A DNA stretch of 64,000 bases, from assembly GCF_021869535.1 (NCBI RefSeq), contig NW_026262581.1:5828001-5892000 (forward strand), in the 5' to 3' direction. This DNA is from Mytilus californianus (Eukaryota). The notes beneath the pieces are model-generated. The model had not been told where the DNA came from and made no database searches. It saw only the letters and a list, made by a program, of their open reading frames with translations. The translations under genes were made by a program, and so were the position numbers. Of the stretch, positions 11,022 through 50,808 are shown piece by piece. Every line of letters begins with the position of its first letter. Position 1 is the first letter of the stretch.

Positions 11022-14000
11022 CGGTAGTGTCACCTATATTCGTGGATATAAGACTATTCAAACGGAATGCGGTAAAACTAATAAATAGCCATTTGATTTT
11101 TATGTCGATAATGTTACCTTAGAACTTCATTAAAATAATACAAGTTAGTTTGATTCTTTCCGTTTCATAGTTTCTTTGATATGACCTACATTTCTAGTGT
11201 AAACAAATCGGCATTGGATGCCAAGTACGTCACCTATTTTCGTGGGAAAAGTTCGTTCTAAAAATAACACAAGAAGAACACAGAGTATGGAAGCCCAGTG
11301 GTGAGCATAAAATTGTAATTTTATACAATAATATTTTTGTACGTGTTCAGTTCAGTAAAAATAAAAACATTGTTTTTAAAGACTAAGTATTTAATTTTAA
11401 TTCTTTGGAGACTGATAACCTTACAAAAATAAAAAATGGAAACACCAAAAAAATTTAAAAAAAAATTTTAACTTTTAAAAAAATATTAAAATTATAAGTA
11501 ACAAAATAAAATCAAAAGTTGCTAATAACAATTATTTTTACTTACCATTAATTAAAAAAAATGTGCTTAAAGATACAGTTCAGTCAATTTTTTCCTTTGG
11601 AATCATGATTTAATTTCTTTCCACAGAAGATAAAGTTCATATTTATAAAATCAAGCAAATGTTCACAACTCAAAAGTGTTCCAACTGTTAATAAAAAACT
11701 GGCAACAGTAAATGTCTTTAAATATAAATAACTGGAAACAGTCAAACAATTATCAAATGTATATCGTTATCATTATTCTTCAGTTTCTTTCTGTTTGCAG
11801 GGTAAGCCATGGCATGGGCAGTAAAATTTATCTGACCTGCGTAGGACGGAGACATCACAGCAAAATTTAAGATGAGTCCAATGATCACATTGTAGAAATT
11901 CACATTTGGCCCATTGTGTGAATACAATGGAGATGCAATCCTGTAACTCCTGTGGCTGCCACATGTTACAAACACAACACAATGTGTTATCATCATCTTG
12001 ATCATCTTCATCTGTAATTGAACCGTCAGAAACAACTATTTTTTGTAGTCCTGATGGACCTGGCTGTTGTGAATCTTGTTGATTCTTCTTTAATTTCTTG
12101 TTTGTGGTTATTGAACTGGAAGAAGATGATGAACCATTTTGTTTTCGTTTAGTTGTTGTTTTCTTAGCATTTTGGTTAATGTTATGTTTTGTTGATTTAT
12201 TGTTTGTTTTAGACTTGGTCCTTGACTTTGACTGTGCAATGTACTCCTTTATTTCTTGACGTGTCTCTGGTTCTGTAATTGCCTTTCCTGCTACTATCTT
12301 GTAGATGGAACGTCTTTCCTGTTTTGGTGGATTTTTCTTGGACAAATTTGTTGATTTTGCAGTGAAGAAAGTTGTATTTTCATCTGGTTTTTCGTCAGTA
12401 ATTTTTTCAGCTACATAAATCTGAATGTTTTCATTTTCCTGGTTTGATAATAAAGGTTCTGTGTCTGCATTGATCTCTGAATCAGACATTAAATTAACTG
12501 GTTCAGTTGTTTCATTTTCAATGGCAGGGACATCATCAACTTTGGTATTTTCCTCTGATTGGCTCTGTCTATGAATAGCATCAGAAATAGAAAACAAGGA
12601 CTGATCTATAGCATCTTTATCTAACGGGTAAATACCAGATTTACGGAAAGCAGACTGCAAATTTGAAGGAGAAAGAGCAGAATTGTAAGATTTGCAGGCA
12701 ATAGAGCATAAGTTGTATTTGTTAATTACTGCTGAATGGGTACGTTGGAATTTATGACATTCTGAACTGTAGATTCTTGCGAAAGGCCCAAAACAACCAA
12801 CATCCATGGGCTGAAGAACATGGCTGGTGTGAGGAGGCAAAACATACAAGATAATTTTTTTCTCTACTGCCCAATCAATGATATCTGGTGTTATGTGAGT
12901 CCTGTGACCATCATACAGAAGAAGAATATGTTTGTCCTGCATACCAGTGACGTATTTAATGAAATGATTTTCCAGGTAGGACTGAAATATCTCTGAATTG
13001 GACCATCCAGTTTCACTGACAGACCCATCAGCACCAGGTGTGGCCCCTTCTAACAACTCCTGTCTCATACGTTTACCAGCGAAAATAAAATATGGTGGAA
13101 TTTGATGTCCTAAGGCATTACCACATCCCATTACAGTTGTTGTTTGACCTTTTTCTGAAGACAAGGTAGAGGGTACATACTCTGCAGAGGCCACAACATT
13201 TGGTGGTTTATAGTTTGGTTGTAAACCCTTCTCATCAACATTATATATACTCTGTGGCTTGTCTTTTAGCTGATATTTTTCCATTATACGGTTAAGTTCA
13301 TCAAAGTACCTGTAAATTGATGCCCTTGAGGTTGACTTTGCTCTAAGTTCTGAGATGGTTTTAGGTCTCCATACCTTTAGTTCAGGCCATCTACCCATGA
13401 AGCTGTAAAACCATCTCAATGACAGCTGCTTGTCGTCTTTTGTCTTTATACCCAAGTGAACAGCATACTCAGATCCAAGATCCACCACTTCAGCTCTGGT
13501 GTATGCATATCCTACTGCACCCATTTCTTTTATGTGCTTAACCAATCTTGCCTCCTGTTCACAGTCAAACACTGGTGGTGGTCCAGACTTTACGTTGTCT
13601 ATAGAGATGTGGCCCAATACACGGTCTCTTAGTGTCTGTTCAGGAAGACAATACTTTCTTGCAGCCTTGGCAACACTAAGCTTCTTGTCAGTAACATCCA
13701 GATAAGCATTAGTCAGTTTTGTTGGTGAATACGACTTGTATTTCTGCCTTTTAAGTTGAACCTGTAAAATATTAAAAAAATAACACTAATAATTTTGTGA
13801 TACACAAAACTTTTAACAAAACAAACAAATACACAATAAAATAAAATTGTGTATACAAATCCTCTATACTACCCAGTAATCAACGTAAGTTGAACTTAAT
13901 TTACAAGAACTGTGCTCAATAACTCTTTTGAAGTTCATTTGATAAACCAAAATTCATCTTTTATCGCTAAAATACATCAAAAACATATAAGATTATGACA

Positions 14001-14379
14001 CTGATTGCGTTCCATAGATTTTTTTTGCTGACAGGGAATCTCCTTGTTAGTCACGTGATATTGTTCATTGGAAAGTAGAGTAACCAGACGACACTTGGAT
14101 TTTGGATAATAACTTTGGAATAAAGGTATCGAGGTCGATGGAAATTAGTCAAATTAGGAAATAAGTAAAATCAGCCATTTTGCTAATTAAATGAATAAGT
14201 AATAAGTCTTACCTTGCTTGAAACGACGAGATTCATTTTGTATGTTGACGTTGTAGGGATATCCTATAGCAATCAAAACATGCGAATGATGACGTCATAA
14301 CAATATCACGCATGCGAAATATTTGGGATTTCCGGAAGTCCACGAACTTATGTATCCACGAAATTATGTGACTAGACTG
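11022..14379 (-). mobile_element. pogo-superfamily (IS630-Tc1-mariner) DNA transposon, full length
   Basis: TA at 11020-21 and 14380-81. Imperfect 27-bp TIRs (CGGTAGTGTCACCTATATTCGTGGATA vs CAGTCTAGTCACATAATTTCGTGGATA, 20/27). Internal duplicates of the TIR core at about 11229 and 14340. Intact transposase. Confidence 0.85.
11773..14236 (-). CDS. pogo-like DD35D transposase, about 670 aa, 2 exons (14236-14213, 13761-11773)
   Basis: Exon 1 is MNLVVSSK|gtaag. Acceptor ttttacag| at 13762 extends the ORF with a psq-type HTH (KAARKYCLPEQTLRDRV). CENP-B-type HTH, catalytic YNVDE / YDGH / QPMD (35 residues between the 2nd and 3rd D), and a C-terminal Cys/His-rich PHD-like finger. Confidence 0.9.
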
Positions 14380-14386
14380 TACCATA

Positions 14387-14573
14387 CAGTAGTCCAAATA
14401 ATTATGACATCTTGAAAGGCTATTTTAACTTTTTTCTGTGATGCTTTCCTACGACTAATTATGACGTCTTAAAAGGCTATTTAAATTTTTTCTCTGTGAC
14501 GCCTTCCTACGTTACACGTCACAGAAAAAATTTAAATAGCCTTTCAAGAGGTCATAATTATTTGGACTAACTG
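14387..14573. mobile_element. MITE-like hairpin built from three copies of an about 55-bp unit (two direct, one inverted)
   Basis: Starts TA|CAGTAGTCCAAATAATTATGAC and ends GTCATAATTATTTGGACTAACTG. An internal direct copy starts at about 14456. Confidence 0.7.
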
Positions 14574-15050
14574 AACAGAAAACATCAGCTTTATGAGCTT
14601 TTATATTATCTTATTGAAACAAAACATTTAAGACAAAACAAGCATACAAAATGCACAGGAACTACATAATGAAAGCAAATCATTACATGAAGCATCCATA
14701 TACAATATTATAATATGACGTGCTTCTTTCGCTTTTTAAACAATAGCGTGATATATCTATACTTAACGCAGACTCAGAGATGTACATATTAATGGCTGTT
14801 ACTATTTACCCCCCAAGTAAATCCACATGTATCGTAACCTATGTGCAAACACTTTGTGGATTTCGTTGTGTTCAAATTGAAATTGAAAAATAAACTACAG
14901 AACTGTTTTCCCTATTCTAATGCATAACAAAATGAATTTAAAATGCATAAGATCTTAAAAAAAGTATAAAATCAGAATAAAATAAATTTCCACGAAATTT
15001 CATGAATAATCTTGGCGCATTAAAGTCATGTCAAACCATGCATCATACAA

Positions 15051-15132
15051 ATGAAAACTCTCAAGCTGAAGATTATTCCGTTACGTGTATGTTCTAAATT
15101 CCAATAATCTCGCATTAAAATGGAGTTTTGAG
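15051..15132 (+). CDS. OXCT1: Candidate OXCT1 first coding exon (mitochondrial presequence); boundary uncertain
   Basis: ATG 15051 gives MKTLKLKIIPLR with phase-0 donor GTATGT at 15087. The alternative donor GAG|GTAGAT at 15133 needs a 1-nt frameshift. Confidence 0.4.
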
Positions 15133-15277
15133 GTAGATGTTGTTTCTAAAACTGCAACTAAAAAAAAAGAAGAAAAAATAAAAAACCTACTAACATTATA
15201 ATTTTTAGGAAATGCAACCCTCATATTTTTGTATGGGCTTTCACAATGTGCAATTCTTGTATATTTCTTTTCTGTAG

Positions 15278-43438
<28,161 letters not shown>

Positions 43439-43830
43439 CATATGATATTGTTATCATTGTTTTGTTAGAGGTGCTACCTTAGAAGAATTCTTCATTATTA
43501 AGAAGTGCTATGTTGAAATAAAAACATATACAATACTATTATAAAGTGTGGAATGAAATGTTCATAATGGTTTAAATCATGGTAAATGGTCCTGTCTGCA
43601 TTTTATATCATAGGAGTTTAACTAAACTAAAATTACAGTTTTCTGTGAACTGTATGTACTGTATATTATGCAGCTTTCATTGGAAAATAAGAAGTACACA
43701 ATTTGGGTGTTTCCTTTTTAATGTGTTGTGGTTGACATGACGAGCATTTTAAAGCAGATGGATTTAACATTAAATGATGCTGAGCATTTTTTCATGTTTA
43801 TGTTATTTGTATGGTGAGGGATAAGATACA

Positions 43831-44983
43831 TTTTTAGCTCACTGGGGCCCAAAGGGCCCCATGTGAGCTTATGCCATCACTTGGCGTCCGTCGTCTGTCG
43901 TTGTCGTCGTCGTAAACTATTTAAAAAATCTTCTCCTCTGAAACTACTGGGCCAAATACCTTCAAACTTTAACTAAATGTTCCTTAGGGTATCTAGTTTA
44001 TAAATTGTATCCGAAGTTTTGATCCATCGACAAACATGGCCACCATGGCTAAAAATAGAACATAGGGGTCAAATGCAGTTTTTGGCTTATATCTCAAAAA
44101 CTAAAGCTTTTAGAGCAAATCTGACACGGGGTAAAATTATTCAATTGGTCAAGATCTATCAGTTCTGAAATTTTCAGACGAATCGAACAATCCATTGTTG
44201 GGTTGCTGCCACCGAATTGGTAGTTTTAACAAAATTTTGCAGTTTTTTTTGTTATTATTTTGAATATTATTATAGATATATATAAACTGTAAGCAGCAAT
44301 AATGTTCAGCAAAGTAAGATCTACAAAAAAGTTCAAATGACCATAATTGTCAATTGACCCCTTAAGGAGTTATTGCCCTTTAAAGACAATTTTACACAAT
44401 TTGTTCATCAAGTTTGCTAACATTTAAAAATCTTCTCTTCTGAAACTACTGGGCCAATTACCTTCAAACTTTAACTAAATGTTACTTAGGGTATCTTGTT
44501 TATAAATTGTATCCGAAGTTTGTATCCATTGACGAACATGGCCGCCATGGCTAAAAATAGAACATAAGGGTCAAATGCAGTTTTTGGCTTATATCTCAAA
44601 AACTAAATCTTTTAGAGCAAATGTGACATGGGGTAAAATTGTTAAATTGGTCAAGATCTGTCGGCCCTGAAATTATCAGACGAATCGAACAACTCATTGT
44701 TGGGTTGCTGCCACCGAATTGGTAGTTTTAACAAAATTTTGTAGTTTTTTGTTATTATTTTGAATATTATTATAGATATATATAAACTGTAAGCAGCAAT
44801 AATGTTCAGCAAAGTAAGATCTACAAAAAAGTTAATATTACCAAAATTGTCAATTGACCCCTTAAGGAGTTATTGCCCTTTAAAGACAATTTTACACAAT
44901 TTGTTCATCAAGTTTGCTAACATCTAAAAATCTTTTCCTCTGAAATACAGGTGAGCGATTCAGGCTCTTGAGAGCCACTTGTT
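43831..44983 (+). mobile_element. DINE-1/Helentron-like element with about 500-bp core repeats
   Basis: 5' TTTTTAGCTCAC + GGGCCC-AAA-GGGCCC hairpin; (GTC)n microsatellite; about 2 core units; 3' AGGTGAGCG sub-terminal inverted repeat + GGCTC-TT-GAGAGCC hairpin + CTTGTT. Confidence 0.8.
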
Positions 44984-46285
44984 AAGACATCAATTACTTT
45001 GTCATATTAGTGCTATGTTTTTGCTTTAATCTGCATATACATGTTCATGAATAGATCTTTTATATAAGGACTGTTCCATAAAAAACATGCATCGAACCCA
45101 GGGAAGTCACTTTAAAATCTCAACTATGGGTGGGTGTCAAGTACAGTGAAATTCTAAATTTACCTATACAGGTGTTTCCTTGTTTTTAAAAGTGCCTTCT
45201 CTTAGTACCATGTATGTTTAATTGGAACAGCTCTAGATTCTTTGAAGGAGGTTAGTGTGAGTAAATTTTTAATGATTGTAATTTTTAAGACTATGAGTGT
45301 GGAAAAGTACCATTTCGGCAGTGAATAGATTAGTCCATATTAGTCTTTATATTGTGAGGGAATTTTATTTTCTCCCTTGAACAAAAGGTATATTTATTTT
45401 CTCTCTTGAACAAAAAATATTTTTATATTCTCCCTTGAACAAAATAGATTCTATCACTGTTCAAAACATTTTATAATATGAATTCCAATCATTCCAAACC
45501 AAAAGCAGTCAACAATGTTGTTACATCATTGTATTTACAATGGGTTTGGGATGGTATTAATCCATACAGAATTCAAGAAAATGCTATTTATAAATTAACA
45601 TTACCAAGAGTTTTTTTATTTTGTTCTTCATTTAATAACAGACTTTATTTTTGCCTTTTTTTGAATTGATAAAAAAATAATTTTGCTTGATTAAAATCCA
45701 ACATTTCCATTTTGTAAGATATGAATTGTTAAAAGTCTTTGAATTCAAATGAAAATTTTAATAGGACTTCTTTGATAGAGTATGCCCTTTTATTTTTTTT
45801 GCAAAGAACTAAGGATACATGTATTCATAAACTATGCGATATTTAGTGTAACACCTACCTCTTTTGGGCATTGTATGATTTAATATATACATTTTATATG
45901 TCTAATTTCAAACATAAGTAACTGAAAGGATTTGTTGTATCTTTATGTTTTAACATGATCCATCAGTAAGCATGGAAAAAATATCATATTTTAAGTTTTT
46001 TCCATCGTGGTTTATCATTGATGATGTATTGGAAGACTAAGATTTGATCTGATCTGATATTGGAGATATTCATTCAACAGTCAAATTCCCACAGTCCATT
46101 CCAGGAAATTATTTTCAATCTATATACTACATAAAAACCACCAATAATTCATACCTTTGCCAAATCATGCAACAATGAATACTAAATCTGTACTTTTGAA
46201 CTAGTCATTTTATTTCAGATATGTTTAACTAGAAAATATAAACCTCATTATAATCAGAAATGCATTTATTCATGTAAAAAAAAGA

Positions 46286-46393
46286 GGATTTTCTCGCTGT
46301 GTTGAAGACCCATTGGTGGCCTTGGGCTGTTTTCTGCTCTTTGGTTGGGTTGTCGTCTCTTTGACACATTCCCCATTTCCATTCTCAATTTTA
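46286..46393 (+). mobile_element. Family A (Naiad-type) 3' terminal fragment
   Basis: Matches 30771-30880. Confidence 0.7.
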
Positions 46394-47835
46394 CTATGAA
46401 AGTTCTGCTTATAAAGATTTTGTCTACACTATAAAGCATGTAGTACATTTTGTAAATAATGAATTTAAGTGGAGTTTAAAAAATCATGTTGACAAATTTT
46501 TTAGCATAAAATAATCAGCTGAAAATGTAAAAAAACTGTGATATTGATATCTGATGATGACAGCTAATAAAAGGTGTCTTTGTTTTATTTTTAGTTATTT
46601 ATGGAATGTTTTCATTGCCTTTATACCATTGTACCTAAAATTATATTTTAAAGATTTTTTAGGTTAATCCTTTAAATGTGTAAATGCATAAACCAACCAT
46701 TCTGAGACACAATTTACCCTTTAAAATAACCTGATCTATGATACCAAAGTTAATTATTTGGTAAGACAGATGCGCATTTCATCACATCAGATTCATCAGT
46801 GGTGTTTGAATCAAAACATGTAAAAGGTCAAATCAAAAGACTGTATTTGATAAAAGATGTTAGTATTGGCCATAAGTTTTAGTATGAAAAACAGAGGTGT
46901 TGGGTATATTTTAATCAGACAACAACCCAACAATATAAAAACCAAAAAAAATTAAAAGGTCAGCATTCAATATTCAACAAAAGACAAGTGTCTAGAGTTT
47001 AGAAAAGTTATCAATTTATTTATGAGTTTTTATAAGCCCTGCATTATAATTTTTACAATATGACAATTTTCTTTGGCCCTAGCTTATAAATATAAGAGAT
47101 AGACAGTTTTCTTTGGCCTTAACTAATCTGTGTAACAGTTGGACAGTTACCTTTTGCACTACATCATCTATGTAACAGGATCTATAGTTTTCTTTGGTCA
47201 ACCTAATCTATGTTACTGTAGACAGTTTGTTTTGGCCCTAGTTAATAAAAAAGAATACTTTATAGATTTCATACAATCCTATGCCTTTTTCTGGATTAAC
47301 CTTCACCTTACACCTAATCTATGTAATATGTGAATAGATTTTAGTTGAACCTATCAATTAATGTAACAGTTAGATATTTTTTTGGCCTTCATAATTTATT
47401 TAACAATTGAATATTTTTCGTATACCCTTCATAATCTATATAACAGGTTGATAGTTTTCTTTGGCCTTACGCAAACAATGTTACAGGTGGATCGTTTTAT
47501 ATATGTAACAAAACATATTACTTTACCTTACCTAATCTACGGACACATTATGTTGCCTTACCTAATCTACGGAACAGGACATGTTATTTTGCCTTACTTA
47601 ATCTATTAAACAGATTTTATTTGGTCCAACCTTTTCTTTATAACACAATTTTCTATGCTTTGTAGCATGTATACAATTTTCTTTGTTTTTTTTCCTTTGA
47701 TCACATGCAGAGCAGGATCTGTTAACCCTTCTGGAGCACCTGAGATCACCACTGGTTTTGGTGGAGTGTTTAGTTGTCTTTGTTAGTTTAAAACAGCTGT
47801 TTGCTTTTTCTTCGACTTATGAGTTTGTATGTCCC

Positions 47836-49125
47836 TTTTTAGCTCACCGGGCCCAAAGGGCCCCATGTGAGCTTATGCCATCACTTGGCGTCCGTCGTCG
47901 TCCGTCGTCTGTCGTCGTCTGTTGTCGTCTGTCGTCGTCGTAAACTATTTCAAAAATCTTCTTCTCTGAAACTACTGGGCCAAATACCTTCAAACTTTAA
48001 CTAAATGTTCCTTAGGGTATCTAGTTTATAAATTGTATCCGAAGTTTTGTTCCATCGACAAACATGGCCGCCATGGCTAAAAATAGAACATAGGGGTCAA
48101 ATGCATTTTTGGCTTATATCTCCAAAACTAAAGCTTTAAGAGCAAATCTGACATGGGCAAAAATGTTCAATTGGTCAAGATCTATCATCCCTGAAATTTT
48201 CAGACAAATCGAACAACCCATTGTTGGGTTGCTTCCACTAAATTGGTAGTTTTGAGGAAATTTTGCAGTTTTTTGTTATTATCTTGAATATTATTATAGA
48301 TAGATATAAACTGTAAACAGCAATAATGTTCAGCAAAGTAAGATCTACAGAAAAGTTAAATGACCAAATTTGTCAATTGACCCCTTAACGAGTTATTGAC
48401 CTTTAAAGACAATTTTACGCAATGTGTTCATCAAGTTTGCTAACATTTAAAAATCTTCTCTTCTGAAACTATTGTGCTTAATACTTCTTAACTTTGAATG
48501 AATGTTCCTTTAGGAGTCTAGTTTATGAATTGTATCCGAAATTTTGATCCATCAACAAACATGGCCGCTATGGCTAAAAATAGAAGATAGGGGTGAAATG
48601 CAGTTTTTGGCTTATATCTCAGAAACTAAAGCATTTAGAGCAAATCTGACATGGGGTAAACATTTTCAAAAGGTCAAGATCTAGCAGCCTTGAAATTTTC
48701 AGACACACTGAACAACCCATTGTTGGGTTGCTGCCACTAAATTGGTTGTTTTAAGGAAATTTTGCAGTTTTTGGTTATTATCTTGAATATTATTGAAGAT
48801 AAAGATAAACTGTAAACAGCAAAAATGTTCAGCAAAGTAAGATCTACAAAAAAGTTTAATATGACAAAAATTGTCAACTGACCCCTTAAGGAGTTATTGC
48901 CCTTTAAGGGCAATTTTACACAAGTTGTTTTATGTTTTTTAACTTTAAAAATCTTCTCAAATGAATCTAGTATAAATTTTGTATTTCATTTCCTTGTATG
49001 TCAAGAAACATAGACACTATGGCTAAAATGGAACATATGGGTAAAAAGCAAAAATAATCATTGATGAAAGATTTAAGCAAAAAAAAAAACAGGTGAGCGA
49101 TTCAGGCTCTTGAGAGCCTCCTGTT
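47836..49125 (+). mobile_element. Second copy of the 43831-44983 DINE-1-like element, inserted in a Penelope-like tail (47703-47835)
   Basis: Same termini, microsatellite and about 496-bp cores. Confidence 0.8.
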
Positions 49126-49684
49126 TATCTTCTGTCGTTTTCTTTGTAATAGGGACAACATTTGATGTGTCATTACATAATCTATGTACCATGGACACTT
49201 TTTTTGCCGAACATTATCTTTGCTACATATAGACAGTTTTCATTTGTCCTACCTAATCTTTGATACAGGAGTACAGTTTTTTGCCTTACCCTATCAATGC
49301 AACAGGTTAAATTTATTTTCTTCCTACCTAGTCTTTGTTAAAGGTAGGCACTTATTTTGGCCCTGGCAAATCTTTACAGGTAGACCGTTTTCCTTTTGAC
49401 CTACTTAAACTGTGCAACAGCAAGACCATTTTATTTTGCCCCACCTCAACAAACGATGACACACAAAGACACTATCTTTCGCCTTTCCTAATCTGTGTTA
49501 CAGATAACCAGTTTTCTTTGCCCATGCATAATCTATGTAACTGATAGACAGTGAGTTTTCTTTTGTCTATTTTATCTTTGTTACAAGAAGACAATTTATT
49601 AGGCCCTACATAATCTATGTTACAGATAGCCAGTTTTCTCTGTCCTTACTTAATCAAAGTTGACAATTTTAAAATGTGGGTCTT

Positions 49685-50580
49685 TTTTATGGACAACACT
49701 TTTGTTGAATTTCAGTGGATTGATATTTCAGCAGACATTCCGTATTCCAATGGGTACTGATTGTGCAACTCTACTGACTGAACAGTTTTGTACTCAAATG
49801 AAGCAGATTTCATAAAGAACCTTCTCAAAGACTAAAAAAATCATCTTGCACTTTCAGATATTGATGTTCTGTCACTTAACAACCCACATTTTAATGACCG
49901 ATTACATCTTATATATCCTAGTGAACTTGAGATTAAGGATTCTAAAGTAGGAGGTCGGCTTGATATCCTGATCTTTTCGTGGATAATGACACAGATTGGC
50001 GACTTCAAATTAGTATCTATGACAAACGTGATGGTTTCAACTTTCCAATTGTTAATTTCCCATTACTCTCAGCAGTAACATAACCCTCCGGCCCATTGTA
50101 TGGCGTTTTCATATATCAGTAAACGTTACGTTTGTGCATGTTCACACTATTCCGACTTCATCAACAGGGATGTGATCCTAACATAAGAGAACGCTCCAAC
50201 AGAGGTACGAACGAGGAAGAACGACTAAAATCGGTACTGCATAATTTCTACGGCCACAATTACGAAATAGCTAACTGATACTCTGTGTCGAGGTCTTAAC
50301 TTACCAGCGACATCTTTTGCAGTCTTAGATCTTTAGATACCAGCATAGTTATCCTATCTGTAATTTTACCGATTGTGACCTACTTGCGATTTGGAAATTT
50401 TGACTGGATGAGAAATTGCATGGCAGGTGATGCATACATATCAGGAGACGCTAACTCTGTCTATGCACCCGGTCTCGCTCATTTGGAGTTGATGCTATTC
50501 TCTCAGTTTTAATTTATTACCTTGATTTATCTCCTAATCAATTTACAAGATTTGAACATCGGTAAACTACCTTGACTTTA
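49685..50580 (+). pseudogene. Decayed Penelope-like RT fragment
   Basis: IPMGTDCA and YDKRDGFNFPIVNFP remnants with frameshifts and stops. Confidence 0.7.
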
Positions 50581-50808
50581 TAACAGTCAGACAGTTTACT
50601 TTAGCCCTACCTAACCTATGTAAAAGGTAGACAGACAGTTTCTGCCTATGATCATACCTAAGGTATATAAATATATGTCTGAGGTAGACAGTTTTCGTTA
50701 ACCCTTCTTAATCCATGTAACAAAATACTTTCGTATCGAAAGAATTAAAATTATTTGCGCTTATTTTTAGAATGACAATGAAACGGTTACAACATAACAA
50801 TGACTTTG

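Larger units (their letters stand above)
47060..50720. repeat. Degenerate about 40-60-bp satellite array interrupted by insertions
   Basis: The gacagttttctttggccctacctaatctatgtaaca-like unit occurs in blocks 47060-47640, 49140-49640 and 50585-50720. Confidence 0.7.
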
